DNA of 32,000 nt, taken from an uncultured Chloroflexia bacterium. Lineage in GTDB: Bacteria > Chloroflexota > Ktedonobacteria > Ktedonobacterales > JADMIN01. The notes under the pieces are model-generated. The model was given only the letters and a program-made list of their open reading frames with translations, did not search any database and was not told where the DNA came from. The first letter of the stretch is position 1. Each line of letters starts with the position of its first letter. A program made the translations under genes and the position numbers. The stretch is taken from assembly GCA_963718915.1 (NCBI GenBank), contig CAVRAI010000009.1, positions 270,001 to 302,000 of the forward strand. Direction: 5' to 3'. Shown piece after piece: positions 1 through 8,665 of this stretch.

Positions 1-135
1 TGCGAAGGCGCTGAATAACGAGAAGCTGAAGAAGGCAACGGCGATCAGAGAGGCCGTGCAACTGGCGAGGCCGCAGACGAATCCGACAAGAGCGGGGCCA
101 GCGCCCTGGTCACGCTGCGGAACGGGATAACCCAT
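1..135 (-). CDS. N-terminal fragment of a small hydrophobic (membrane) protein, runs off the window
   Basis: ATG at 135-133 on the minus strand reads MGYPVPQRDQGAGPALVGFVCGLASCTASLIAVAFFSFSLFSAFA and stays open to the window edge. It contains a hydrophobic stretch. No family recognised. Confidence 0.3.
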   Translation of the reverse strand, partial: MGYPVPQRDQGAGPALVGFVCGLASCTASLIAVAFFSFSLFSAFA

Positions 136-138
136 CAC

Positions 139-166
139 TTGACCTCCCAATCTGATAGCGGATAAT
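139..166 (+). promoter_or_regulatory. sigma70-like promoter TTGACC-16nt-GATAAT pointing into repeat copy A
   Basis: TTGACC at 139-144, a 16-nt spacer, GATAAT at 161-166. It is divergent from the minus-strand gene starting at 135. No plus-strand CDS lies downstream, only the conserved 86-nt element. Confidence 0.4.
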
Positions 167-209
167 GCCTGGCTATCATAATCTCGCTGTCCCTATGACG
201 GAAAATGAT

Positions 210-295
210 GGCTCTGTTGTTGCCAATTCGCGCACAAGCAGGGATAATAGCAGCCAGCGAGAGCGATGCTCGGCAAACGGCGAATCCAGCCTGGA
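210..295 (+). repeat. copy A of an 86-nt conserved element (candidate structured RNA or leader)
   Basis: Aligns to 2439-2524 in the same orientation. From TGTTGCC onward (217-295) there are only 4 mismatches in 79 nt. The differences are non-synonymous in every frame, so a protein-coding explanation is unlikely. Confidence 0.8.
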
Positions 296-317
296 AACGC
301 TCGCCTGCCCTTTGTTC
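272..317 (+). terminator. weak terminator-like hairpin at the 3' end of repeat copy A
   Basis: GGCA(aac)GGCGA at 272-283 can pair with TCGCCTGCC at 301-309 and is followed by CTTTGTT. The loop is long (17 nt) and the 3' half is not conserved in copy B. Confidence 0.25.
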
Positions 318-339
318 CAAGGCCGCCAGCGGAGGTAGT

Positions 340-1272
340 CTACCGAAGATATTGGGCGAAGAAGGCCAGCACTCGTTGTTGGTATTCGCCTGGATGAGCC
401 GCCAGCGCGCCCGCATGGCCACCACTCGGCGCGATCCACTGCTGCCTTGGCTGGCCAGCGGCCGTATAGAGCTGCGCCTCCCCCGTGAGCGGCGTGGTGG
501 TGTTTCGGTCGTCCGCTGAGTGGATGAGGAAAATGGCACGCGGCGCGATCTTGCCGATGACAGCGCGCGGACTGGTAGCTTCGAGCCGCGCGCCAATCAA
601 TGCGTCCACCAACGCTGGCTCGTAGGGCAGCACTGGCAGTGAAAAACGCCCAACGGGCACGCTGCTCATGCGGTCGAGTTGGGGGCGCTCATCGGCCCAG
701 GCGCTATCGGCCACCACCGCGACCAACGCAGGCTCGCGCGCCGCCGCCAGCAGGACAACGCCCGCCCCTAGCGAGACGCCCAAGGCGCCATAACGCTTGT
801 TCGTGAGGTCGCTACGGCTCTCCAGGTAGCGCACCGCGCCGATGACATCGTTTGGTTCGGTGGCTCCAAGACCAATGCCCCAGCCATCACTCTGGCCGCA
901 GCCACGGTCATCAAAGAGCAGCACGTTATAGCCTGCCGCGTAGAGAAAGCGCGCCCACGGCAGCATGCTTACCCGCGTCGCCTTGAAGCCATGTACCAGG
1001 ATGACCGTCGCCGCGTGTGGGTTAGCGATGGCCAGCCAGCCCCGCAGCCGCACGCCATCACTGGCGGTGAAGCTGACATCTTGCGTCGGGATGCCCGCCT
1101 GGGTGGCTATGGAGGCATTGGGCACACTCCGCGCACTGCCATTGTAGACCAGCGTAAACGCTCGCATCGCTGGCAGCAAGCCCCATGTGAGCAAGGCAAG
1201 CAGCGCTAGCGTTCCCGCAACGACGATAAGTCTGCGCCGCCTATGCGCGAGCAACTTCTCCATGCCAGCCAT
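340..1272 (-). CDS. alpha/beta hydrolase with N-terminal membrane anchor
   Basis: 310-aa ORF with an N-terminal TM helix (LIVVAGTLALLALLTWGLL), an HG oxyanion motif (ILVHGF) and a GxSxG nucleophile elbow (GVSLG). Confidence 0.85.
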   Translation of the reverse strand: MAGMEKLLAHRRRRLIVVAGTLALLALLTWGLLPAMRAFTLVYNGSARSVPNASIATQAGIPTQDVSFTASDGVRLRGWLAIANPHAATVILVHGFKATRVSMLPWARFLYAAGYNVLLFDDRGCGQSDGWGIGLGATEPNDVIGAVRYLESRSDLTNKRYGALGVSLGAGVVLLAAAREPALVAVVADSAWADERPQLDRMSSVPVGRFSLPVLPYEPALVDALIGARLEATSPRAVIGKIAPRAIFLIHSADDRNTTTPLTGEAQLYTAAGQPRQQWIAPSGGHAGALAAHPGEYQQRVLAFFAQYLR

Positions 1273-1490
1273 CCTTCCCGCAATCTCCTACACATTCGAC
1301 GACTCCATCTGAATGACGGATACTGGTGGCTTTTCTGTTGCCCTATTCATTTATTGATGCTGAATGAGTAGCGGATAATCTGCCAAATGTTCAGAAGATG
1401 TTGCGCTGCCGCTCACTACCTTCTATACTAGCATGGTATCGATTGCGGCCAGAGCGAAGTATAGTTGGGAGGATATCCCCTGTGGGACAA

Positions 1491-2288
1491 GGTAATGATA
1501 GCGGTACCTGGCAGACAATTGCCCGCGTAGGCATTGTTCTCGGAATCATCGCGGCAATAATTACTGTGCTTGCCTTTCTTCGGGAAGTTGGCGCCTCCAC
1601 AGCCGGAGCAGTGTCTGTGACGCCCACAACGAATCAGAATACCGTTAGCGGAAATAAGCAACCTGACTCAACGCCCAGTCCCATCATCGCGCCTACAGCG
1701 ATTCCTACAACCGGGCCCGCTGCCCCCGGAACGATCCTCTACTCGGCCAATTGGTCGTCAGGAATGAACGGTTGGACAGGCTCATCTCAGTGGGCGGTAG
1801 TAAATGGCATGCTGCTGGACAATGGGAGCGGTGGCGCAGGTGGTTTCAACGATGTAGCGACGTTTCCACCATATCAACCCAGTAGTCCTGACTATTCGGT
1901 CGAGGCGCGTATCAGATTAGTGGGCGATTCCGGAGTCACAGGAGAGTTCGGTTTATTCGCGCGTATGACTGATGATGGCCTGAGCGCCTATTCAGGCTGT
2001 GTTGATAACATATGGGCGCAAAAGCCATATTCGGGACAAGCAGAAATCCATACGGGCTATGCCGAACCGTATCCATCGGATATCTTGACCGCCCATGCGT
2101 TCACCCCAGCGTCTGACTGGCACATCTACCGTCTCACCGTGAAAGCCAATCATATCGTGCTTTATATAGATGGCAATTCTGTGCTTCAGACTGATAACAA
2201 CACGTATCTTTCAGCGGGTACGTTAGGCATAGAGGCCTGGAATGGACTCCAGGTCGAAGTGAGCAGCTTCCAGGTCATTGCTATGTGA
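1491..2288 (+). CDS. membrane-anchored LamG/DUF1080-like (concanavalin-like fold) protein
   Basis: GTG at 1491 is preceded by GGGAGGA 8 nt upstream. Codons between the tracked start (1398) and 1491 have low GC3, arguing against the longer form. It has a TM helix (IVLGIIAAIITVLAF), a Thr/Pro linker, then NWSSGMNGWTGSSQWAVVNGML...DYSVEARIRL. It is a paralogue of 20463-21216. Confidence 0.7.
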   Translation, partial: GNDSGTWQTIARVGIVLGIIAAIITVLAFLREVGASTAGAVSVTPTTNQNTVSGNKQPDSTPSPIIAPTAIPTTGPAAPGTILYSANWSSGMNGWTGSSQWAVVNGMLLDNGSGGAGGFNDVATFPPYQPSSPDYSVEARIRLVGDSGVTGEFGLFARMTDDGLSAYSGCVDNIWAQKPYSGQAEIHTGYAEPYPSDILTAHAFTPASDWHIYRLTVKANHIVLYIDGNSVLQTDNNTYLSAGTLGIEAWNGLQVEVSSFQVIAM

Positions 2289-2438
2289 CAAGGTTACGTT
2301 TTGGCCACATCAGGTCAGGCTCATCAAAGATTTCATTGCTAGGACGGATTGAGCCAGAAATAAGGGCCAGATGATGACGGCCCTCGAAATACATCGCCTG
2401 GGTTCCAGCGCCTCCGATACCCTCGACTACCTCTGGAC

Positions 2439-2524
2439 GGCTAGAGTGTTGCCAATTCGCTCGCAAGCAGTGATAATAGCAGCCAGCGAGAGCGATGTTC
2501 GGCAAACGGCGAATCCAGCCTGGA
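2439..2524 (+). repeat. copy B of the 86-nt conserved element, immediately upstream of comM
   Basis: Same element as 210-295. It ends 13 nt before the comM ATG (2538), and the comM RBS GGAGAG/GAGG follows directly. Confidence 0.8.
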
Positions 2525-2537
2525 GAGCGAGGCGGCA

Positions 2538-4088
2538 ATGCTGGCGAAGGCGTGTAGTTGCGCGGTTATCGGGCTGGATGGCGCGCTGGTCGAGGTCGAG
2601 GTGGATATCGGACATGGGCTGCCCACCTTCAGCATCGTGGGCCTGCCGGATGCCGCCGTCACCGAGGCCAAGGAGCGTGTGCGCGCCGCCATCAAGAACA
2701 GCGGCGCGATCTTTCCCATGCGCCGCATCACCGTCAACCTGGCCCCCGCCGATCTACGCAAGGCTGGCCCCGCCTACGACCTGCCCATTGCCATCGCCAT
2801 CCTGATGGCCTCGGAACAGGCGCCATTCGCCAGCGCAGTGGGGGTGACAGGTGAGGCGGGTGAGGCATTGTTCCTGGGCGAATTAAGCCTGGATGGCAGC
2901 CTGCGCCACACGCGCGGGATTCTGCCGATGGTGGCGCTGGCGCGTGACCGCAGCATCCCCGCCGTCTACGTCCCGGCTGTCGACGCGGCGGAGGCGGCGC
3001 TGGTCGAGGATATCGCCGTCTACCCAGTCGAGCATCTGGCGCAACTGGTGGCGCACCTGCGCGGCGAGCAGCCAATCGCGCCGTATGTGCCCGACGGCTC
3101 GCCACTGGACTCCGGCGACGACACGATCTATCCCTACGATCTGGCCGACGTGCGCGGGCAGGAACACGTGAAGCGCGCGCTGGAGGTGGCGGCCAGTGGC
3201 GGGCACAATATGCTGATGGTCGGCCCTCCCGGCTCCGGCAAGACGCTGCTGGCGCGCACCGTCCCCTCGATTCTGCCGCCGCTCTCGCTCAACGAGGCGC
3301 TCGAAGTCACCCGGCTCTACAGCGTCAGCGGGATGCTTAGCGCCGATAGGCCGCTGATTACCAGCCGCCCCTTCCGCGCGCCGCATCACACCACCAGCCA
3401 CGCGGGCCTCGTCGGCGGCGGACGCTGGCCGCGTCCCGGCGAAATCAGCCTGGCGCATCGCGGCGTCCTCTTCCTGGACGAGCTGCCAGAGTTCGGCCAG
3501 AATGTGCTGGAGGTGCTGCGCCAGCCGCTCGAAGACCACATCGTCACCATCAGTCGCGCGCAGGGCACCGTCACCTTCCCCGCCAACTTCGTGCTGGTGG
3601 GGGCGATGAATCCCTGTCCCTGCGGCTACGCCACGGACCCGGTGCGCGAGTGTACCTGCTCGCCTTCCACCATCACCCGCTACCAGAAACGCCTCTCTGG
3701 CCCGCTGCTGGACCGCATCGATATCCACGTCGAGGTGCCGCGCGTCGAGTATGAGAAGCTGACCGGCAGGCAGGAGGGCGAGCGGTCAGCGGTGGTGCGG
3801 GCGCGGGTGAACGCGGCGCGAGCGGTGCAGGCGAAGCGGTTCGCGGGTACCGGCATCACCTGTAACGCCGAGATGGGGCCAGCCGAAGTACGCGCCCACT
3901 GCGAGGTGGACGCTGCGGCCCAGCCGATTCTGCGCGCCGCCACCCAGCGCCTCCAACTCTCCGCCCGTGCGTTCCACCGGGTGTTGAAGCTGGCCCGCAC
4001 GATTGCCGATCTGGCGGGCAGCGAGACGATCACCGCGCCGCATGTCGCCGAGGCGCTGCAATATCGCGCACGGGGCGACGTGGGGTGA
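2538..4088 (+). CDS. comM: YifB/ComM family Mg-chelatase-like AAA+ ATPase
   Basis: 516-aa ORF. The N-terminus has a Lon-protease-like domain (AVIGLDGALVEVEVDIGHGLPTFSIVGLPDAAVTEAKERV). It carries Walker A (GPPGSGKT), Walker B (VLFLDE) and the C-terminal ChlI-like region. Confidence 0.95.
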   Translation: MLAKACSCAVIGLDGALVEVEVDIGHGLPTFSIVGLPDAAVTEAKERVRAAIKNSGAIFPMRRITVNLAPADLRKAGPAYDLPIAIAILMASEQAPFASAVGVTGEAGEALFLGELSLDGSLRHTRGILPMVALARDRSIPAVYVPAVDAAEAALVEDIAVYPVEHLAQLVAHLRGEQPIAPYVPDGSPLDSGDDTIYPYDLADVRGQEHVKRALEVAASGGHNMLMVGPPGSGKTLLARTVPSILPPLSLNEALEVTRLYSVSGMLSADRPLITSRPFRAPHHTTSHAGLVGGGRWPRPGEISLAHRGVLFLDELPEFGQNVLEVLRQPLEDHIVTISRAQGTVTFPANFVLVGAMNPCPCGYATDPVRECTCSPSTITRYQKRLSGPLLDRIDIHVEVPRVEYEKLTGRQEGERSAVVRARVNAARAVQAKRFAGTGITCNAEMGPAEVRAHCEVDAAAQPILRAATQRLQLSARAFHRVLKLARTIADLAGSETITAPHVAEALQYRARGDVG

Positions 4089-4115
4089 GGCTCGAAGCGA
4101 AGTCTGTTACGATGC

Positions 4116-4337
4116 CTACTGAACCGCTCTTTTGGCGGTTTGGAGCAGCAACCGTAACGCTTCGTTCACTGCTTCCTCCGTGGGGAAGGCGGCAGCGACA
4201 TCCGGCGCCAGACGCACGACGTTGGAGCCATGCGCAAGGCGTTGTACATATTTGCCGCGAACGCCATCCTTGAGCGTCTTCTCGTCGTATTCCTCGCGCA
4301 GTTCGTCGTCGAGTTGTGCCTCAGCGTCCTGATTCAT
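4116..4337 (-). CDS. small antitoxin-like protein (CopG/BrnA-like C-terminal pattern), orphan
   Basis: 73-aa ORF. The pattern DDELREEYD..KDGVRGKY...VVRLAPDVAAAFPTEEAVNEALRLL resembles small type II antitoxins. No toxin partner is adjacent. A TATACT box sits 6 nt upstream of the ATG. Confidence 0.55.
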   Translation of the reverse strand: MNQDAEAQLDDELREEYDEKTLKDGVRGKYVQRLAHGSNVVRLAPDVAAAFPTEEAVNEALRLLLQTAKRAVQ

Positions 4338-4389
4338 GGGTTCAGTATATCATGCGATTTACAGGTTTCTCGCCCCGCTCTGATGCCAG

Positions 4390-4467
4390 TTGACCGGCCC
4401 TGACACCATCACCGCGCCGCATGTCGCCGAGGCGCTGCAATACCGGGCAAGGGGCGATGTGGGGTAG
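4390..4467 (+). pseudogene. displaced or duplicated 3'-terminal fragment of comM (26 codons plus stop)
   Basis: In-frame reading LTGPDTITAPHVAEALQYRARGDVG-stop matches LAGSETITAPHVAEALQYRARGDVG-stop at the real comM end. It is preceded by an in-frame TGA at 4381-4383. Confidence 0.6.
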
Positions 4468-4503
4468 ATCGCTCCCAGAAATCGGCGAGACGCTGACGCT
4501 GGA

Positions 4504-4686
4504 TTGGAAAAAACGCCAGCAAACCCGCGCGCCCAGGCGCGCCTCGCGGTGGAAGGTGCGCTGGACACTGGCCTGCTTGGCCTCTACTCTCTGGAGGAGT
4601 ACCAGCGCGCCTGCGACGCCGTCTACCAGCGCCTATTTGAGGTTTACGCTGACGCCAGCAACAATTGGTTTGTGGAAGCGAGCTGA
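4504..4686 (+). CDS. hypothetical small protein (60 aa, TTG start), doubtful
   Basis: High GC3 is consistent with coding. The RBS is weak, the start is non-ATG, no family is recognised, and the ORF lies in frame directly after the TAG of the displaced comM fragment. Confidence 0.25.
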   Translation: MEKTPANPRAQARLAVEGALDTGLLGLYSLEEYQRACDAVYQRLFEVYADASNNWFVEAS

Positions 4687-4709
4687 GATAGAAATGACGC
4701 CCTTCGAAG

Positions 4710-6005
4710 TCATGAAGTGCGGACAAAGCCGACGAAAGGAAACGTGTAAGCGTTTGTGGTGAGGACAGTCGCCCGACCATGTCCATCGCTCACGTTCGCG
4801 ACTGCGGTAATCTGGTACGGTCCGCCGTCTATCACGTAGATTTGTTCGCTTGTTAGGATCAGCGGCCCGCCTGCGGGAACCCATCCGGCGGCGTAGGCCT
4901 GATAGGGCAGTGGCTGGGCGAAGTCATGCGAGATGTCGAGCAGCCATGTCTTCAGGTCGCCATTGGCGCGTAATCCCGTCGATGCCGCGACGGTCATCGT
5001 GCCGTCCTGCCAGGCGATGCTCGTGAATCCCGAATAGGATCCCATCGCGTGGGCGATGTTCGGCAGCGGCGTGACCGTCCCCGTCGAGACATCAATCAGT
5101 CGCACATCTGGCACATAGGGATAGCTTCGAAAGAGACGATTGGAGTACAGCGCGAACTTCCCATCGGGCGACGAAACGAACTGGCTTTGCCCCATGGTGG
5201 ATGACGTGATACTGGCGACCTTGTGCACTACTCCAGACGTCACATCCTCGGTTGCCAGCGTCAGCGTCTGCGCCCCAGGCGGGGGATTCACATCCGAATG
5301 GGGTGGCGTAGCGGTTGCGGATGCGCCACCTGCCTGCGCGGGGTCGAAATAGCCAACAACATGCGTATCGTCGACCCACCCAATAATGTCCGAAAGAGTC
5401 CCTGCCGCAATTGCGGGGGTCTTCGTGAGGGACCCGTCCGATACGCGGATGAGATCGACACCTTGCCATGTCGCGCCAGCAACCGCAAGCATCGTGCTGT
5501 CAGGCGACCAGGCGATACTGCGGTAGCTCGCTTCAAGAGGAAAGGTGAACATGCGATGTTGTCCAGTCAGCTCCACGATATTAAGGCCGCTAGTGTTAGG
5601 AATTGCCACCAGGCGCCCGTTGGGTGAGACGCTCGGAGGCTGCAGGCTATAATTCGGCGAAATCCCCAGCAATTCAGGCCCAGCTACAGGCGTCGTCTCG
5701 GTGGGTGAGATAGCCATCAACTGGCCCGTGTCGCCCTGCCCACTAGGCCCATCCACATACGCGACGCGCCAGTCATCGAACAGAGGAAAGGCGGGGTACG
5801 CAACTGCCCCGGTCCCGCCGATCTTGGGCGTGGTAGTGGGCATCAGTGCTGAAGTTCGCGAGCCGACAGCCGACGATGCGGGATCACACGCGGTCATACC
5901 TATAGCGAGGCAAAGAACGAGAGTGGGAAGAATACTGTAGGCCTCGCGTCGCCGCGCGCGCAGTATTTCCCAAGAGCGCCATAGGCGTGTCCATGACCGT
6001 ACCAT
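4710..6005 (-). CDS. secreted or lipoprotein beta-propeller protein (TolB/PD40-like repeats)
   Basis: Signal/lipobox-like N-terminus (ILPTLVLCLAIGMTAC). Repeated WSPDG/SPNG-type motifs (VSPNGRLVAI, IAWSPDSTMLAV, SSPDGKFALYS). The start is ambiguous: ATG at 6005, ATG at 6029 or TTG at 6092. Confidence 0.75.
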   Translation of the reverse strand: MVRSWTRLWRSWEILRARRREAYSILPTLVLCLAIGMTACDPASSAVGSRTSALMPTTTPKIGGTGAVAYPAFPLFDDWRVAYVDGPSGQGDTGQLMAISPTETTPVAGPELLGISPNYSLQPPSVSPNGRLVAIPNTSGLNIVELTGQHRMFTFPLEASYRSIAWSPDSTMLAVAGATWQGVDLIRVSDGSLTKTPAIAAGTLSDIIGWVDDTHVVGYFDPAQAGGASATATPPHSDVNPPPGAQTLTLATEDVTSGVVHKVASITSSTMGQSQFVSSPDGKFALYSNRLFRSYPYVPDVRLIDVSTGTVTPLPNIAHAMGSYSGFTSIAWQDGTMTVAASTGLRANGDLKTWLLDISHDFAQPLPYQAYAAGWVPAGGPLILTSEQIYVIDGGPYQITAVANVSDGHGRATVLTTNAYTFPFVGFVRTS

Positions 6006-6113
6006 ACGCTCTGAACGCCTTTCTCGCATGCAATCTGATCGGGAATCTGGACAGGAGCCGCGAGGCACGAATGCCCATAGCGGCCCTGACAATAAAGATA
6101 CAAGCAGTGGTCG

Positions 6114-7114
6114 TTAGCTGTCCCGCAGCCCGAGCAGGCGCACGGCGTTCTCGGAGTAGACCGCGGCTATGTCTTCGCTGGCAAGACCGGTCGAATCGAT
6201 GTCCGCGACTGTTGCCTCAACCGCGTTGGCGGGGCCAAGCGGCATGTCGGAGCCGAAGAGCACGTGTTGCGGGCCGAAGAAGTCGAGGACGCAGCGGACC
6301 GCGTGTGGCGCGCCGAAGAGCGCCGTATCGACGTAGAACCGCCGGAAGTAGTCGAGCGGCGGCTGGGGCAGGGTGTCTTTGACCTGCCGATAGCCGGGAC
6401 CCATCGCGAGGCGGGCGGAGAAGTGCGGGACCATGCCGCCACCGTGATGCGCGATCACAAGCTGGCGCGGGTGACGCTCCATGTGTCCCGGAATAGACGA
6501 GACGCGCAAGGGCGGCGGCGGTCTCGTAGGGCCAGCCGATGGACCACCACAGGCCATAGTCGGACCTGCTCTCGGCTGGATAGTCGGCCCATGCCGCGCT
6601 CCGAGTCGGGTGCAGCCAGATAGCGCGGCCTGCCTCTTCGAGCCGGGTGAACAGTGATTCAAAGCGTGGATCGTCGAGCGCCACGCCCAGGACGTTCGTG
6701 TAGAACTGTGCGCCTAGCGCGCCAAGCTGCGTCAGGGCACGGTCGAGCTCAATCAAGGCCGCGTCGATGTCGCTCAGCGGCAGCGCCGCCGCGAAGCCGA
6801 CGAAGCGATCTGGAAACCGTCGCACCAGTTCCGCCATCTCGTCATTGGCGATGCGGGCAAACTCCGCCGCGACTTCCGGCGGCCCGACCTCTTCCAGCGG
6901 CGGCACGGCAAGCACCAGCACCTGGGCGTACTCGCCGTATGGCTCGATCTTCCGCCACCGCGCATCCAGGTCGGTCAGCACTCGGATCGAAGGAGAAGAC
7001 GCCCTCGCGGTAGTAGGTGAGCTGGCTCGGAGCCATGGTCTGCTCAAGCCGCCGCTCCAGCCGTTCGAGATACGCGCGAGGCAGGATGTGCGCGAACGCA
7101 TCGATCTTCCGCAT
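6114..7114 (-). pseudogene. amidohydrolase-2 (ACMSD-like metal-dependent hydrolase) family gene split over three frames
   Basis: The N-terminus MRKIDAFAHILP (frame 1) continues as LTDLDARWRKIEPYG...WLHP...WPYETAAALARLVYSG (frame 2). It then continues as HMERHPRQLVIAHHGGG...LFGSDMP (frame 3). The frame switches lie near 6988-6997 and 6484-6492, and both need a +1 correction. Confidence 0.75.
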
Positions 7115-7244
7115 GGTTGACGCCTTCTTCCGCATGGTTGATGTCTAAGCCAGGCTTAGATGGTCTGGTTACAGGTGGCGACACGCTCGCCATCTGTCCT
7201 CTCACCCCTCGCGCCAGTCAAACCAGGTGCGCCGATCTCCAGGT

Positions 7245-8665
7245 CTACTGGTTCGATCCAGCCGATGCGTGTGGTAAGCGGACGAGAAAGCGGGTCTCAC
7301 CCGGAACCGACTCGAACGTTATCTCACCGTGATACCGATCAACGACGATCCTCCACACAATATCAAGGCCGAGTCCCGTTCCCTTGCCCACCTCTTTTGT
7401 GGTAAAGAACGGATCGAAGATGCGAGCGGAAAGGTCACTGGGAATCCCGGATCCCTGGTCAACAATTTCAACCAGAACGGCATCATCCATCATGCTGTGT
7501 CCGAATGCGAAGCTGTCCCTGCCCGCTCATGGCGTCAATCGCATTGTCAATCAGGTTCGTCCACACTTGATTGAGTTCGCTCCCGTCGGCCAGAATACGC
7601 GGCAGATTGCTATCATAGTCACGGATGACCTCGATGCCACCTTTGAGTTTGTATCCAAGGATCACCAGGGTCTTCTCGATGCCCTCATGAATGTCAATCT
7701 CCTGCTCAGGCGCGCGATCCACGTACGAATAGTCCTTGACCACGGAGACCAGCTGAGAAATCCGGATGGTGGCGTCGTCGATCTGATCGAGGAGAGACGT
7801 GGCAAGCAGCGTATCGGCGATCCAGGTCAGCGCGCCGCTCAAGGCCATCAGCGCCCAGCCTGTGCGCCGCGGTCTCCAGCCAGGGACGGTCAAGGCCCGC
7901 GGCGACGAATGAGGGCGCCAGATCCCAGGAGTTCGCCACATCATGCTCCTCCAGCCAGATGGCAACCTCTTCCTCACGTCGTCCTGTTTCTATCGGGCTG
8001 AGCCTCGGCGCACCCACGGACCGTGAAACCGCCTCTACCTGAAGGTCCAGCGCCACCTGGGCCTGCGCTGGCGTAAGCTCACCCGTCGCGAACCTGCCAG
8101 CGAACGCCACCAGTCTGCCCATAACCGCCCGCAGGTCAGTCGCGGTGTGCCTGGCGGCGGCGGCTGGATTGTTCAATTCATGGGTCAACCCGGCGGCAAG
8201 CGTTCCCAGTGAGATCAGGCGACCCCGCTCGCGCACCGCTATCTCGATGGACTCGAGTGTGTGCACGTAGCCATCGAGCAGGTGCTTCGCCATGGGCAGC
8301 CACTCATCCAGCAGACGGCCAAGCGCATCTGAAGGTAGTTGGAAGAACCGGCTCGTGCGTAGTGTCTTTCCGCTGGCGCGATAGCCACCACTTGTGCCAG
8401 ATGTCGCGAAGGCGCGGATGCCGCCAGCGTATTCGCCAGCGTGCGACATCGTATCAAGCACCACCCGCTGACCGCCTACGTGGCGTGTCAGTTCCAATTC
8501 GCCATCGAGTAGCACCCAGAGTGAGTCCGCGAGCTGGCCCTCATGGAAGAGGATCTCTCCCGCGGGGAATGTCATTTCTGTGCCCAGCGCCGCGAGGGTA
8601 TGAAGCTGCTCGTCGGAGAGCTTCTCGAAGAGAAAGGTAGATCGCAGATCGTCGATAAGCATCAC
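7245..8665 (-). pseudogene. cyclic-nucleotide-binding-domain histidine kinase split over three frames
   Basis: N-terminal cNMP-binding domain (FLFEKLSDEQL...FPAGEILFHEGQLADSLWVLLDGELEL), H-box (LTHELNNPAAAA), N-box (NLIDNAIDA) and G-boxes (DQGSGIP, GTGLGL). Frame switches lie near 7845-7865 and 7487-7491, both +1. Start is GTG at 8665 or ATG at 8662, overlapping the upstream stop. Confidence 0.75.

Larger units (their letters stand above)
4029..4467. mobile_element. putative remnant integrative cassette bounded by 60-bp direct repeats of the comM 3' end
   Basis: 4029-4088 and 4408-4467 are direct repeats with 54/60 nt identical; the first 35 nt are identical. Both encode ITAPHVAEALQYRARGDVG followed by a stop. 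Only one small gene lies between them and no integrase is present. Confidence 0.45.

Noticed and set aside
151-176. TPP-riboswitch-like string CTGATAGCGGATAATGCCTGGC, resembling the conserved CUGAUCUGGAUAAUGCCAGCG
   Set aside because: There is no CUGAGA element and no P1-P3 helices upstream, where the sequence is antisense to a coding start. No plus-strand gene lies downstream. The GATAAT is better explained as the -10 of the TTGACC-16-GATAAT promoter. A similar TAGCGGATAAT string at 1366-1376 also looks like a -10 region.
250-262. AGCAGCCA string reminiscent of SRP RNA domain IV
   Set aside because: It lacks the flanking GGAA/GNAR context and the symmetric-loop pairing partner. The element is too short and is duplicated, which is unlike an SRP RNA gene.
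205-519. ORFs reading through the 86-nt repeat (205-519 plus strand, and 2371-2805 plus strand)
   Set aside because: The four differences between repeat copies are all non-synonymous in these frames. The ORFs continue into unrelated sequence or overlap comM and the hydrolase gene out of frame.
7245-7275. GGTTCGATCC T-loop-like string
   Set aside because: It lies inside the 3' end of the histidine kinase coding sequence. The stem is 4 bp with a 6-nt loop, and no acceptor, D or anticodon arms can be drawn. It is not a tRNA.
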